The notes below the pieces were generated by a model. That model saw only the letters and a program-made list of their open reading frames with translations, made no database searches and was not told the origin of the DNA. Shown here in pieces: positions 1 to 10,006 of a stretch of 28,528 bases of DNA. How positions within the stretch are numbered: the stretch's first letter is position 1; the number at the start of each line of letters is the position of its first letter. The position numbers were made by a program, and so were the translations under genes. The stretch is from Candidatus Sulfomarinibacteraceae bacterium. GTDB lineage: Bacteria > Acidobacteriota > Thermoanaerobaculia > Thermoanaerobaculales > Sulfomarinibacteraceae. The stretch lies in NCBI GenBank assembly GCA_963796455.1, contig CAWCLO010000009.1:1-28528 (forward strand). Direction: 5' to 3'.

Positions 1-358
1 GATGAGATCTGAAAAGTCGCCATCTCCCCCTCGGATCCGTCTTTTTCGATATTGGCCAGGATTCCGCGGACAGCATCGATCATTGCCAAGAGATCGGTGG
101 TGATCTCTGGGTTGAGATCGAGGGTGCCGTCGCGCAATCTGGTCAGCAGCGATTCGCCAACGTGGGTGACCGATTCGAGCTTGCCGAAGGCGAGGAAGCC
201 ACAGGTTCCTTTGATGGTGTGAATGGTTCGGAAATAGGTGCAAATATCTCCCGATCTGAGGGGTTTTTTTCCAGGGTCACCAGGTCCTGGTCGAGTTGAT
301 CCAGATTCTCGACGCTTTCAGCAAGAAATTCGGCAACGATGGCGTCCATTCCACCCAT
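1..358 (-). CDS. cheA: Chemotaxis histidine kinase CheA, N-terminal HPt (P1) domain; runs off the window, apparent frameshift near 235-245
   Basis: MGGMDAIVAEFLAESVENLDQLDQDLVTLEKNPSDREIF continues in a shifted frame as RTIHTIKGTCGFLAFGKLESVTHVGESLLTRLRDG, containing the CheA P1 HTIKG phospho-His motif. GGAG lies upstream of ATG 358, and the gene is divergent from an MCP. Confidence 0.9.
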
Positions 359-655
359 GAAATGCTCCAAAATACGAATCGAGGCGGCCTGAAGGGACCA
401 TTCGCCACCGGCGTGAAAAACCGAGACGATCGTCGCTGAATCCCCTTCGGGCCTTCTTTTCGCCCTCATTCAAGAATACCTCACTATCGCCAGCCGCCTG
501 CACGATGGCTTCCGGATCCGGTTATGAACTGTGCCGTGGGCGCATAACCGCCGGCGTACACGGCTGACCTATGTCTTGTGCGGTACACTTGATGTCGATG
601 TATCGATGGGATAGGGGCGCTGGATTGGCATCATTTCCGTTTTGAGGGGTTGGAC

Positions 656-2636
656 ATGACCGATTCTCGGCTTCGCAATCTCACCATTCATCGAAAGTTC
701 TGGTTTCTCGGCGGGGGCGCCATTGCGCTCGCGCTGCTGATCCTCGGCTCGATAACCGTGAGCCGGGACGCGACGAAGACCTGCGACAAGATCGTTGCCG
801 AGGTTCACCAGGTCCTCGATGTGAAGGCGCGCGAGATCGAGCGCTTTTTCGGAGAGCGGGCGAGGACGGTCGAGACCTTCTTGTCAACCCGATGTTGCAC
901 GACTTTTTTGCCGCCTACAGAACCAACCGGGCACCTGTTCTCGATGAACCGGAGTATCGCGCCGTAATCGACTATCTCGACACACTGGCCGGACGGGACG
1001 GTGAGGTCAAGGGCGTCTTTTTTGCAGACGAGGACTCCCAGGACTATTTTTCCAACCGGATTCCCGAGATACCCGAGGGTCGGGTGCAGGAGGAAGGCTA
1101 TCTGATCAAGAACCGACCCTGGTGGCATGAGGCAGTGGCCGAAGACCGGCTCTATCTGGCGTCACCGACAACCGATCTCGTCACCGGCGAGGTTGCTGTC
1201 GTCCTTCAAACCACGGTTTACAACGAGGGCGGATCGCTTCTTGGCGTTGGTGGAATGGACGTGCTCCTTACGACTGTCGGCGAACTGGTTCGCAACGTTG
1301 TCTATCAGGGCCAGGGCTCGGCGTTTTTGGTTGATCATCAGGGAGAGATCATCTATTTCACCGGTGCCGATCTCGAAGTCGAGGCAAAGCTTGAGGACCT
1401 CGACCTCCTCTCCGAAGAGGCCTCCGGGTTCTCAAATCTGAGTGCGAGGATTCGGGAGGGTGATACTTCCAATGGCGAGGTCAGGTGGCAGGGAAATAAC
1501 CAGTTTGTCGTCCTGGCCCCGGTGAAGTCGGAATCGCCATACATCAACTGGACCCTGGGCGTGATATTGCCGGACAAGGTCATCTCGGGGCCGGTTCGGG
1601 CAAATATCGTGAAAACGGTTCTCGCGATTCTCCTGACCATCGCCCTGGTCGGCATCCTCACGGCGCTGGTCACCAGATACATCTGGATCCGGCCGGTGAG
1701 ACAGCTCCTCGAGAGGTTCCAGGCCATCTCCGGCGGGCAGGCCGATCTCACCCAACGGGTCGAGGTGACCTCCGGCGACGAGCTCGGCCGGCTGGGTGAA
1801 AGCTTCAATCTGTTCGTCTCCCGGGTCCAGGAAGATGTCCGGATGCTCGGCGAACAGACATCGATCCTCGGCGGCTCATCCGATGAGATGCGTAATTTGT
1901 CGCAGCAGATTGCCAGCGCCAACGAGGAGACATCGACTCAGGCAAGTATGGTCTCGGCTGCTGCCGAGCAGGTCAGCGCCAATGTCCAATCGGTGGCAAC
2001 GGCGACCGAAGAACTCAACGCCAATACGCGGGAGATCGCTGCCAACGCCTCGGAGGCCGCTCAGGTGGCCACCCGTGCGGTCGAGATCGCCGGCGAGACC
2101 AGGCGACTTTCAACAGCTGGATCAGAGCGGGAACACCATCGGCAACGTCGTCAGGGTGATCTACGCGATCGCCGAACAGACGAATCTGCTGGCCCTCAAC
2201 GCGACCATCGAGGCTGCACGGGCGGGCGAGGCCGGAAAGGGCTTTGCGGTCGTTGCTGACGAGGTCAAGAAACTGGCCAAACAGACCGCTCAGGCGACCG
2301 AGGAAATCAGCTCCACCGCGGATGACATCAGCCGTCAGACCAAGGTTGCCGGAGAGGCGATCACAGAGATCAGCGAAATCATCCACCATTCACGAGATTC
2401 AGACCACCATCGCCAGCGGGGTCGAGGAGCAGACCGCAACCACCGCGGAGATTGCGCACAGCGTGACCGAGGCGGCGACTGGATCAGGCGAGATCGCGGA
2501 ACGGATCGCAGGCATCGCGGCGGCTGTCCAACAGACCTCGATCGCCTCCACATCCTCGCACGAGCGGGCGGACGAACTCGCCGCTCTGGCCGAGGAACTC
2601 GGCCGGATCGTGAAGCGGTTTACCTACTGGAATTAG
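656..2636 (+). CDS. Methyl-accepting chemotaxis protein (TM-dCache-TM-HAMP-MA); split by apparent indels near 890, 2100 and 2390
   Basis: N-terminal TM; Cache-like [18 protein letters not shown]; second TM; HAMP ([22 protein letters not shown]); MCP signature [37 protein letters not shown] in the next frame; C-terminus in a third frame. RBS GAGGGG precedes ATG 656. Confidence 0.9.
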
Positions 2637-2653
2637 AAAATAGGAATGGGAAT
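2629..2653 (+). repeat. Degenerate 7-bp tandem array (GGAATTA-type)
   Basis: GGAATTA GAAAATA GGAATGG GAAT, overlapping the MCP stop codon; inverted relative to the 3113-3140 array. Confidence 0.6.
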
Positions 2654-2701
2654 CTCCTGCTCACGAATCCTTTTTCATTATCGGGATTATTTCACCGGTC
2701 C

Positions 2702-3115
2702 TTATTTCACGGTGCGAGTGATCGAGACCAAGAGGCTCACCAGTTCATTCGCACGTTCCAAAAACCTCGTCAAGTCGGTGTTGGGCATCAGCTTCGAAGC
2801 ATCGAGCAATCTGAGCCAATAGTGAGCCTCACGGGCTTCCTTGTGGGCGATGCTCATCTTATGAAGGAAATCTCGCCTGCTCTCTGCTCCGATGGTTTCT
2901 TCGACGAGAGCTCCGATCGCGGTGCCACTCCTCATCAGCTGTTTCGATATGACGTATTCGTGTTGCATTGTGAGGACCTCGTGCAGTTCAATTATTTCGA
3001 GAGCAAAGGCAAAACTCTTGTCCCGCACCGGGTTTGTCTGGGCCTCGGTTACCCTCGATCCATCAGTCGCGGGAAAAAGGTACACGCTGTTACCTTCGTT
3101 CGGCGCGTCGTTCAT
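2702..3115 (-). CDS. Four helix bundle protein (23S rRNA IVP-like family); start codon uncertain, probably downstream of 3115
   Basis: [17 protein letters not shown]...[47 protein letters not shown] matches the family pattern (QLxRSxTSIGANxxE, SxxDFxxKxxIAxKEAxExxYWLxLL). Confidence 0.88.
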   Translation of the reverse strand: MNDAPNEGNSVYLFPATDGSRVTEAQTNPVRDKSFAFALEIIELHEVLTMQHEYVISKQLMRSGTAIGALVEETIGAESRRDFLHKMSIAHKEAREAHYWLRLLDASKLMPNTDLTRFLERANELVSLLVSITRTVK

Positions 3116-3140
3116 TCCTAATTCCTAATTCCTCATTCAT
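3113..3140 (+). repeat. 7-bp tandem array (AATTCCT-type)
   Basis: CATTCCT AATTCCT AATTCCT CATTCAT, overlapping the permease stop codon. Confidence 0.8.
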
Positions 3141-4347
3141 GCCTCAGCGCTTCAATCGGATCCAGTGCCGCGGCCTTTGCAGCCGGGTAGGTTCCGAAGA
3201 AGACTCCCACCAACGCGGCGAATCCGAAGGCCAGGGCGATCGACCAGAGCGGAACGTGGGCGGGCGGAAAGCCGGGGATGGCGTTGGCGCCGATGATTCC
3301 CAGCCCCCAACCGGCGAGGACCCCGATAAAACCGCCGACCAATGAGATGGTGACGGCCTCGATGAGGAATTGGATCAGGATGTCCGATTTGCGCGCTCCC
3401 ACCGCCTTGCGCACGCCGATCTCACGGGTTCGTTCGGTGACCGACACCAGCATGATGTTCATGATGCCGATGCCGCCAACCAGGAGAGCGATGCTGACGA
3501 TGCCTCCGACCACCGAAGTGATCGTGCCCAGAATCGCACTGGTTGTCTCGAGCAACTCCTCCTGGAGCAGGACTCGAAAGTCATCCTTGGTCCCTTCAGA
3601 GATCCGGTGGCGCTTTCTCAACACCTCCTTGATCTGGTCCTCGGCCAAATCGACGGTCTCCGGAGAAACGGCCTGGAAGTCCAACCGCAGCTGGCGTGAC
3701 GACTCTTCACCATAGATATCGCGGGCGGTGGTGATGGGAATGAGCACCAAATCATCGTTGCTCTGACCGAACATTTCGCCCAGGTGCTCCATGATGCCGA
3801 CGATGGTGAAGGTCGAGTCCCCGACGATAAGATCGGTGCCGAGAATCCTGTCTTCGAGCTCGAGTTCCTCGATCACCTTGTCACCGAGCACACAGACCCT
3901 GGCAGCGCGTTGGATGTCGAGGTCGGAAAAGAACCGCCCGCGATCTACCCAGTGGTTGTTGACTTCCTGGTGGAACGGTCCGACCCCCAGGACCGTGGAA
4001 GCGTGACGCCGGCTCCCCGAACGAATCTGCTCGCCGCGGAAGAAGACCGGGTTGAAGAGATTCAGCCCCGTGGCCCGGTCCATGATCGCCAGGCCGTCCT
4101 CATACGTTAGCCTGACCTCTCTCCCGGCGAGATCGGGATCCTGGGGATCCTGCCGCGGCACGACGACGATGTAGGTCACTCCAACACCCTCGAATTGCGC
4201 CGAGATGACATGGTCGAGACCCTGGACGATGGACACCACCGCAATGACCGCCGCAACCCCGATTATGATCCCGAGCATGGTCAGGAGCGACCGCATCTTG
4301 TTGGCTCGGATCGCCTGCAACGCGATGAGAAGGTTGTCCCAGATCAT
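3133..4347 (-). CDS. ABC transporter permease, MacB/FtsX family (YknZ-like)
   Basis: [18 protein letters not shown]-terminal TM, large periplasmic domain, [28 protein letters not shown]-terminal [15 protein letters not shown]. Confidence 0.95.
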   Translation of the reverse strand: MIWDNLLIALQAIRANKMRSLLTMLGIIIGVAAVIAVVSIVQGLDHVISAQFEGVGVTYIVVVPRQDPQDPDLAGREVRLTYEDGLAIMDRATGLNLFNPVFFRGEQIRSGSRRHASTVLGVGPFHQEVNNHWVDRGRFFSDLDIQRAARVCVLGDKVIEELELEDRILGTDLIVGDSTFTIVGIMEHLGEMFGQSNDDLVLIPITTARDIYGEESSRQLRLDFQAVSPETVDLAEDQIKEVLRKRHRISEGTKDDFRVLLQEELLETTSAILGTITSVVGGIVSIALLVGGIGIMNIMLVSVTERTREIGVRKAVGARKSDILIQFLIEAVTISLVGGFIGVLAGWGLGIIGANAIPGFPPAHVPLWSIALAFGFAALVGVFFGTYPAAKAAALDPIEALRHE

Positions 4348-5042
4348 GATCCGGTCCCCGATGAGCCGATCCGTTCGTCGACCACGACCTTGCCGTCGAG
4401 CAGACGCACGGTGCGTCGCGCGTGGGCGGCGATATCTTCTTCGTGAGTCACCACGATCAGCGTGTTGCCGCCGGCATTGAGTTCGTTGAAGAGATCCATG
4501 ATCTCGGCCGAGGTCCTGGAGTCGAGATTGCCGGTGGGTTCGTCGGCGAGCAGGATCGACGGGTTATTAACCAGTGCTCGTGCGACGGCGACTCGTTGCC
4601 TCTGACCCCCCGACAACTCGTTTGGCTGGTGCTTGAAACGATCGCCCAATCCGACTTTTTCCAGCGCTTCACGCGCTCGCCGGTGACGTTCCCTGGCTGA
4701 GATCCTGGCATAGATGAGCGGCAGCTCCACATTGGCAAGCGCCGTCGCCCGCGACAACAGGTTGAAGGTCTGGAACACGAATCCGATTTCGTGGTTCCGG
4801 ATCGTTGCGAGTTCACTGTCGTCGAGATCCGATACCCGTTGTTTGTTGAGGATGTATTCGCCGGAAGTAGGGGTGTCGAGGCAACCGATGAGATTCATCA
4901 AGGTCGACTTGCCCGAGCCCGATGGCCCCATGATGGCCAGGTATTCGCCCGCGCCGACTTCGAGATCGACGCCGTCGAGTGCCCGCACCTCCGCATCTCC
5001 CATGCGGTAGATCTTGTACAGGGCCTTGATCGTGATCAACAT
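4344..5042 (-). CDS. ABC transporter ATP-binding protein (LolD/MacB-type)
   Basis: Walker A GPSGSGKS, signature LSGGQRQR, Walker B ILLADE, H-loop VTHE; overlaps the permease start. Confidence 0.97.
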   Translation of the reverse strand: MLITIKALYKIYRMGDAEVRALDGVDLEVGAGEYLAIMGPSGSGKSTLMNLIGCLDTPTSGEYILNKQRVSDLDDSELATIRNHEIGFVFQTFNLLSRATALANVELPLIYARISARERHRRAREALEKVGLGDRFKHQPNELSGGQRQRVAVARALVNNPSILLADEPTGNLDSRTSAEIMDLFNELNAGGNTLIVVTHEEDIAAHARRTVRLLDGKVVVDERIGSSGTGS

Positions 5043-6301
5043 CAGTCGACGCGCACTTCGACGCCGCCCGATTCGTCGTCATCGGTCGATTCGTCGTCGT
5101 CCTCATCGGCTTCCTTGGAGAACACCGGGTCTCCCGATACAAGCCCCTTGAGGGTCCGATAGGGGCCCGTGACCACTTCTTCTCCGATGGCCAATCCATC
5201 GAAGATCTCAACATAGAGCTCGTCGGAGATTCCAGTCGTGACCGCCCTCGATACCGCTTTCCCGTCGTCAATCACGTAGACGACATCAATAGCCTCGATC
5301 CCTTTTGCGGCAGAGCCCGTAATCTCCTCACCGTTTTCGTCGAATTTTCTTTTCACAACGGCCTGAATAGGGACAGCGACGGTGTTGTTGGTGGTGGCGG
5401 TGAGGACATCGACCTTAGCCGTCATCGCCGGTCGGAGTGAAGGATCCGGGTTTTCGAGCGCGACCTTGACCGCAAAGCGGATCGTACCCTGGGTCGGGTC
5501 TCTACGACCGGAGGTCGCGATCTCTACGACATGACCCTTCTGCGGCTCGGCACCCAGGGCATCGACCTTGATCTCGGCATCCTGGCCGAGCGCGACCGAG
5601 ACCACATCGACCTCGCTGACTTCGACCTCGGCCAGCAGCACCGACATATCGGCAACGGTCATGATCACCGACCCCGGAAGATTTGTGGAACCGGGGACGA
5701 CCGTTTCGCCCTGTTCGGCATTGAGTTGGATGATGGTTCCCGTCATCGGTGATCGGATCGTCGTCCTGGCAAGATCGTCCTCGGCCCTTTGTAGGGCCGA
5801 GCGGTACTGGTCGACGATGTGTTGTTGCGCTTCCAGGTCGACCTCGGCGGTGTCCAGAGCCAACCGAGCCGTGTCCATCGCCTCCTGAGAGACCAGACCA
5901 TCCAAAATCAATTTTTCGGTGCGTTTCAGATTCCGTTGTGCGTCCACCAGCTGAACCTGTTGCCGCCGAACCGAGACCTCGGTCTGACGGAGTGCGGCCC
6001 GAGACTGGTTGCGCGCCGCCTCGTAGAGATCGCTTTCGATCTCGATCAGCAGTTGTCCGGCCTCGACGTCCTGGCCCTCGATCACCGGCAAGCTGATGAT
6101 TTCGCCGACCACCTTGGCCGAAATGTCGACCCGTTTCTCCGGCGTGATTTCTCCGGTGCCCTTGACCTTCGACGAAATCGTCCGTGTCAGGGCCTCCTGG
6201 ACCTCGACCTCTTCGCCGCGAGGGCCGGCGTCGCGCAGACTCGCCCAGACAACCAGAGCGAGAGCAATGACGATGACGGCGACAATCAGAGCTTTCTTCA
6301 T
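5042..6301 (-). CDS. Periplasmic adaptor / membrane fusion protein (MacA/YknX-like)
   Basis: N-terminal anchor; lipoyl half-motifs ([31 protein letters not shown]); coiled coil; beta-barrel region. TGATG overlap with the ATPase gene. Confidence 0.93.
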   Translation of the reverse strand: MKKALIVAVIVIALALVVWASLRDAGPRGEEVEVQEALTRTISSKVKGTGEITPEKRVDISAKVVGEIISLPVIEGQDVEAGQLLIEIESDLYEAARNQSRAALRQTEVSVRRQQVQLVDAQRNLKRTEKLILDGLVSQEAMDTARLALDTAEVDLEAQQHIVDQYRSALQRAEDDLARTTIRSPMTGTIIQLNAEQGETVVPGSTNLPGSVIMTVADMSVLLAEVEVSEVDVVSVALGQDAEIKVDALGAEPQKGHVVEIATSGRRDPTQGTIRFAVKVALENPDPSLRPAMTAKVDVLTATTNNTVAVPIQAVVKRKFDENGEEITGSAAKGIEAIDVVYVIDDGKAVSRAVTTGISDELYVEIFDGLAIGEEVVTGPYRTLKGLVSGDPVFSKEADEDDDESTDDDESGGVEVRVD

Positions 6302-6364
6302 ACTCACCTTCTATTCAGCGGGCCGCGATGCCCGTCTACCCCGCGATGGGAATCTGGGCCCGAT

Positions 6365-7132
6365 CTAGGATGTCAACGCTGCAAAGCCACCCTTTGCGAT
6401 GAGGTACAAAACCCAGGGGACGAGCGTCACAATCGCTGCCTTGGCGCGGGAGATCTTGCCGACGGCTGCAAAACCGATGACAAGTAAGACGATCGTCCAG
6501 ATATTGAAAACGCTGATCGTTCCGGCGATCGAGGTGAGCCAGACGGGAGCGTCGGGCGACAGAAAAGCCCCGAGACTGGATTTGACGACGTTTGCGAGCT
6601 CGTTCTGCGGTACTTCGCCAACCCGTTGCAGCAACACCGCCATCAGCGCCGATTGAACCAGACTCGCCGGCCAATAACCGTGAAGGATCGTCGAGAGAGT
6701 CGTGACATAGTCCGCGTCTGAACCGACCACCTTGAGCATGATGAAGAAGAATGCGGCCATGATCGCCCATGCGATCGGCCCGATGATCAGACTGAAAATC
6801 GGGCTGAATTTGCCGATCTTCTCGGCCTGTTGGACCATGTTCTCGATCTGAGCCTCGGTGAGATCATCCGCCCGGTCACCCAGACTCGCCAGCAGCGTCG
6901 CCTCGGTATCGACGTGAGGCAGGGCGATCACGTTGACCAGGGTGGCCAGGACCACGAAAAGCAACATGATGAGGATCCACGTCGGTTTGATGCCGATGTC
7001 GGTAAAGACCTTGCCGGGCGAAGCAAACATCATCCACAGGCGCTGGACCGCACTGAATTGGGCGGTGGGAGATGCGATCGGTGGTTCGGTGAGTTCGGGC
7101 TCGTAGCCGGGACGCTCGTTAATGTCATCCAT
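6365..7132 (-). CDS. Yip1-family membrane protein (YknW-like)
   Basis: MFASPGKVF start motif, several TM helices, SVFNIWTIVLLVIGF..SRAKA motif; first gene of the exporter operon; GAGGGG RBS. Confidence 0.8.
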   Translation of the reverse strand: MDDINERPGYEPELTEPPIASPTAQFSAVQRLWMMFASPGKVFTDIGIKPTWILIMLLFVVLATLVNVIALPHVDTEATLLASLGDRADDLTEAQIENMVQQAEKIGKFSPIFSLIIGPIAWAIMAAFFFIMLKVVGSDADYVTTLSTILHGYWPASLVQSALMAVLLQRVGEVPQNELANVVKSSLGAFLSPDAPVWLTSIAGTISVFNIWTIVLLVIGFAAVGKISRAKAAIVTLVPWVLYLIAKGGFAALTS

Positions 7133-7274
7133 GTCGTACCCCCTCGGATTTCTTCGATATTTACTTTGCAGTCGGGATTATATTCCGGTTGATTCCGGGC
7201 CGGGAAACTTTTCTGGGGATTGGAGCCAACGATCGGCTCAAAAAAGCTCCCGGAGCAACAGGCTCGTAGAGGAT

Positions 7275-7308
7275 AAAACTCAAAACTCAAAACTCAAAAC
7301 TCAAAACT
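7275..7308 (+). repeat. 7-bp tandem array (AAAACTC x ~5)
   Basis: AAAACTC x4 plus AAAACT in the divergent intergenic region. Confidence 0.9.
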
Positions 7309-7340
7309 TCGACCGAATTCTTTGGTACCCTGCGTCGCGG

Positions 7341-8807
7341 ATGAACGTCGGGGGAGTCATTTTGCGCCTCGTTGTGGGCTTTTTCGTTCTGGTCTCGGCT
7401 GCTGGAACCGCGTATGCCGAAGATCAGGAGAGCCTTGCGGAATTGGTGACGCGGGTTGGACGGGCTCGCTGGACCCACGACAACGCAATCGAATTGTTGG
7501 CGGATCCGAATCGTGCCTGGGAGGCGAGGGTGGAGCTTGTCGAGCAGAGCCGCCACCATCTTTTCATCAGCACCTTTTCGTGGCACAACGACACCTTTGG
7601 CAAAGAGTTCCGGCACATTGTGCTCGACGCCCTCGATGACAGGCTGGAATCGGGTCTGGATTATTCGGTTCATGTGCTGGCCGATGCTTCGGCGCTCGCC
7701 GCGTGGAGCATTGCGTTCAGGGGCCTCGAGAGGCGGGGCGCGGATGTCCGGGGCTTCAACCGTTCGTCGTGGGGGCTGACACCTCTGTACGAAGGCCGGA
7801 TGCACGACAAGATCCTGATCTCGGACGGCCGCTCCGCCATCGTCGGCGGCCGCAACTATGCCGACGATTATTTCGATCCCGACAAATGGTGGCTCGATCT
7901 CGGTGTCAAGCTCGAGGGGAGCGCGGTCGACGATCTGCAGATGATCTTCCTCAAAAGTTGGGAGTTCACCGAGTTCAATCGTAAGACCGGTCGCTTTTTG
8001 ATGCCGCAGGAACTGTTGCTTGACCGGCTCCGGGTCTTCTGGGAAACGGGTCGCTATCCGAACGGCAATAGTCCGCTCGAGCCATTCGTCAATCGAGAGT
8101 ATTTTCCCGTCAGAAATGAAGCGCCGGGCACGACCTCGGTGGCGATCCTCTACGACAACCCCCTCCTCAAGCGCCCTGCCGCATCATCCGAGTTGTTGGC
8201 TGCCCTCGTACGAAGGGCGGAACACAGAGTCGAGCTGATGACGCCTTTTCCGAATCTTTTCGAAGATCTGACCGCCGCCCTTGAAGAGGCGGTGGCGCGC
8301 GGCGTCACTGTCCGAATCCTGGTCAACGATCATGAAGCGGCAATTCGAGGTGGGCCGTTTTTGTGGGCGGCCTACCCGACGCTGATCCGGCTCGTCGAGG
8401 TCGGAGCCGAGGTCTGGGCGTGGCACGGAAACGGTGACCTGCGGAAGGCCCTTGAAAATGGCGCCTGCCGCCCGGTCTACATGCCGCCCGTCGCTCTCCA
8501 CGGCAAGATGCTGTTGATCGATGAAGAAATCTCCATCATCCACTCGTCAAATTTCAATATCCGATCCACCTACTACAACACCGAAGCCGGAGTCGCGGTG
8601 CTCGATCCGCAATTCAACCGTCAGCTCGGGGATCTTGTTGACGGGCTTATCGGGCTTCGGGATGCGGAAGTGGCCTGCGTCGACTCGGATCAAACACTCA
8701 GAGTTCCAGCGATCCTCCGCCTATTTGGCCCCGAGGATGTCCCGCGGATGAAAAAGGAACTCGGGCGCAAACAACCTTTCCTCGATGCGTGGAGTGTCGC
8801 GTGGTGA
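7341..8807 (+). CDS. Secreted phospholipase D family protein (cardiolipin synthase-like, two HKD motifs)
   Basis: HDKILISD..GGRN and HGKMLLID..SSNFN; signal-peptide-like N-terminus ending AYA. Confidence 0.88.
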   Translation: MNVGGVILRLVVGFFVLVSAAGTAYAEDQESLAELVTRVGRARWTHDNAIELLADPNRAWEARVELVEQSRHHLFISTFSWHNDTFGKEFRHIVLDALDDRLESGLDYSVHVLADASALAAWSIAFRGLERRGADVRGFNRSSWGLTPLYEGRMHDKILISDGRSAIVGGRNYADDYFDPDKWWLDLGVKLEGSAVDDLQMIFLKSWEFTEFNRKTGRFLMPQELLLDRLRVFWETGRYPNGNSPLEPFVNREYFPVRNEAPGTTSVAILYDNPLLKRPAASSELLAALVRRAEHRVELMTPFPNLFEDLTAALEEAVARGVTVRILVNDHEAAIRGGPFLWAAYPTLIRLVEVGAEVWAWHGNGDLRKALENGACRPVYMPPVALHGKMLLIDEEISIIHSSNFNIRSTYYNTEAGVAVLDPQFNRQLGDLVDGLIGLRDAEVACVDSDQTLRVPAILRLFGPEDVPRMKKELGRKQPFLDAWSVAW

Positions 8808-9415
8808 CGCGTTTCGCAGCGGTTCTGGCGTTCGTCGTGTTGACGGTTGTGCCCCTCGCCGCCACCGCGGGTGACGATATCGATGTCGATGCCTGGCATC
8901 GGGAGTTTAATGCAGCCATCGGAGCCGATCCCGATCCCGAGATCCCGAAACGGCCGTCACTCGGGCTTTACCCGACGCTTGGCGGGATTCTCGGGCCGCC
9001 GAACTGGTACTCGTGGTCGGGCGCCGCCTATCTTTCGATCAGTGACGGCAAAACCTTCAGCCTCTATGCCGGTTATGGCATCGAACGGGGACCGAGGGCG
9101 GATGCGGAGATCTATACGATCGGTTGGGGTGGTGTGCGTTCCATACCCGTGGCAACGAAGCAGACAGGGTTCCACGGTAAATTTCTTCGTTATCGCCGGT
9201 GGGATGACGAAGACCACGGTATCCACCACGGTTTGTCTATCGGCACCGAGCACGGTGTCGGCTTTGCCGGTTTGTCCTTTGAGCTCGGTGCTGCGCGTTC
9301 GGCACAGAACCACTGGCTGATCGTCGCCCAGGTTTCCCTCAAGCTCGCTCTCCCGGTACGCATCCCCCTGACCAAGGAATCCGCCCAAGCACCCCCAAAT
9401 AACAACCCGAAATAA
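8804..9415 (+). CDS. Hypothetical secreted protein, beta-strand-rich (possible outer-membrane barrel)
   Basis: GTGA overlap with the PLD stop; signal peptide (…VVPLAATA); alternating hydrophobic/Gly/aromatic segments. Confidence 0.65.
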   Translation: MTRFAAVLAFVVLTVVPLAATAGDDIDVDAWHREFNAAIGADPDPEIPKRPSLGLYPTLGGILGPPNWYSWSGAAYLSISDGKTFSLYAGYGIERGPRADAEIYTIGWGGVRSIPVATKQTGFHGKFLRYRRWDDEDHGIHHGLSIGTEHGVGFAGLSFELGAARSAQNHWLIVAQVSLKLALPVRIPLTKESAQAPPNNNPK

Positions 9416-9437
9416 TCCAGCCTGCGAAATACTGGCT

Positions 9438-9486
9438 GAATTCAAAACTCAAAACTCAAAATTCCGAATTCCGAATTCCGAACTCA
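9438..9486 (+). repeat. 7-bp tandem array, 7 units (RAAYTCM)
   Basis: GAATTCA AAACTCA AAACTCA AAATTCC GAATTCC GAATTCC GAACTCA. Confidence 0.9.
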
Positions 9487-9506
9487 GGCTTCTGTACACT
9501 GCAACC

Positions 9507-9917
9507 ATGTTCCTCCGCCTGCTTTTTCTCTTCACCGTCGTTCCGTTGATCGAGCTGTTTCTCCTGGTCAAGATCGGGACCGTCGTCGGAGTTTGGCCGA
9601 CCGTTGCCCTGGTTGTCCTGACCGGCGCCCTGGGTGCGGCTCTTGCGCGGCAACAGGGCCTCGGGGTGCTTAAAAGACTCAATGCCGATCTTGCCACCGG
9701 CAAACTCCCTACGAATGCCTTGATCGATGGTGCGCTGATCCTCGTAGCCGGGGCGGTCCTGCTGACACCGGGTCTCCTGACCGACGCTTTCGGGTTTTTT
9801 CTCCTCATACCGCAGGGGCGGGCGATGGTTCGGAAGATCGCTGCCACCCGATTTGCAGGTCGCGTCGAAACCGGTGATCCGAATGTCATTGACGCCGAGT
9901 GGCGCCGCGACGAGTGA
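9507..9917 (+). CDS. fxsA: FxsA family membrane protein
   Basis: LFTVVPLIELFLLVKIG..G.W.T..LV.LT..LG..LAR.QG and LLLTPGLLTD..G..LLIP, with a VIDAEW C-terminus. Confidence 0.9.
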   Translation: MFLRLLFLFTVVPLIELFLLVKIGTVVGVWPTVALVVLTGALGAALARQQGLGVLKRLNADLATGKLPTNALIDGALILVAGAVLLTPGLLTDAFGFFLLIPQGRAMVRKIAATRFAGRVETGDPNVIDAEWRRDE

Positions 9918-10006
9918 CCACCCTCTTTGGTGAAGCAAGTCCTGCTTCGTACGGGCATCGGATCGGGTGTACAATCGACCGCCATGAGACTGATTTCGGC
10001 TGTTCT

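Noticed and set aside
656..2636. Programmed frameshifting or phase variation in the MCP
   Set aside because: Multiple scattered indels without slippery sites or long homopolymers; the same pattern occurs in unrelated genes.
2702..3115. Diversity-generating retroelement (Avd-like gene)
   Set aside because: No reverse transcriptase and no TR/VR pair with adenine-specific differences; the acylase paralog differences are not A-restricted.
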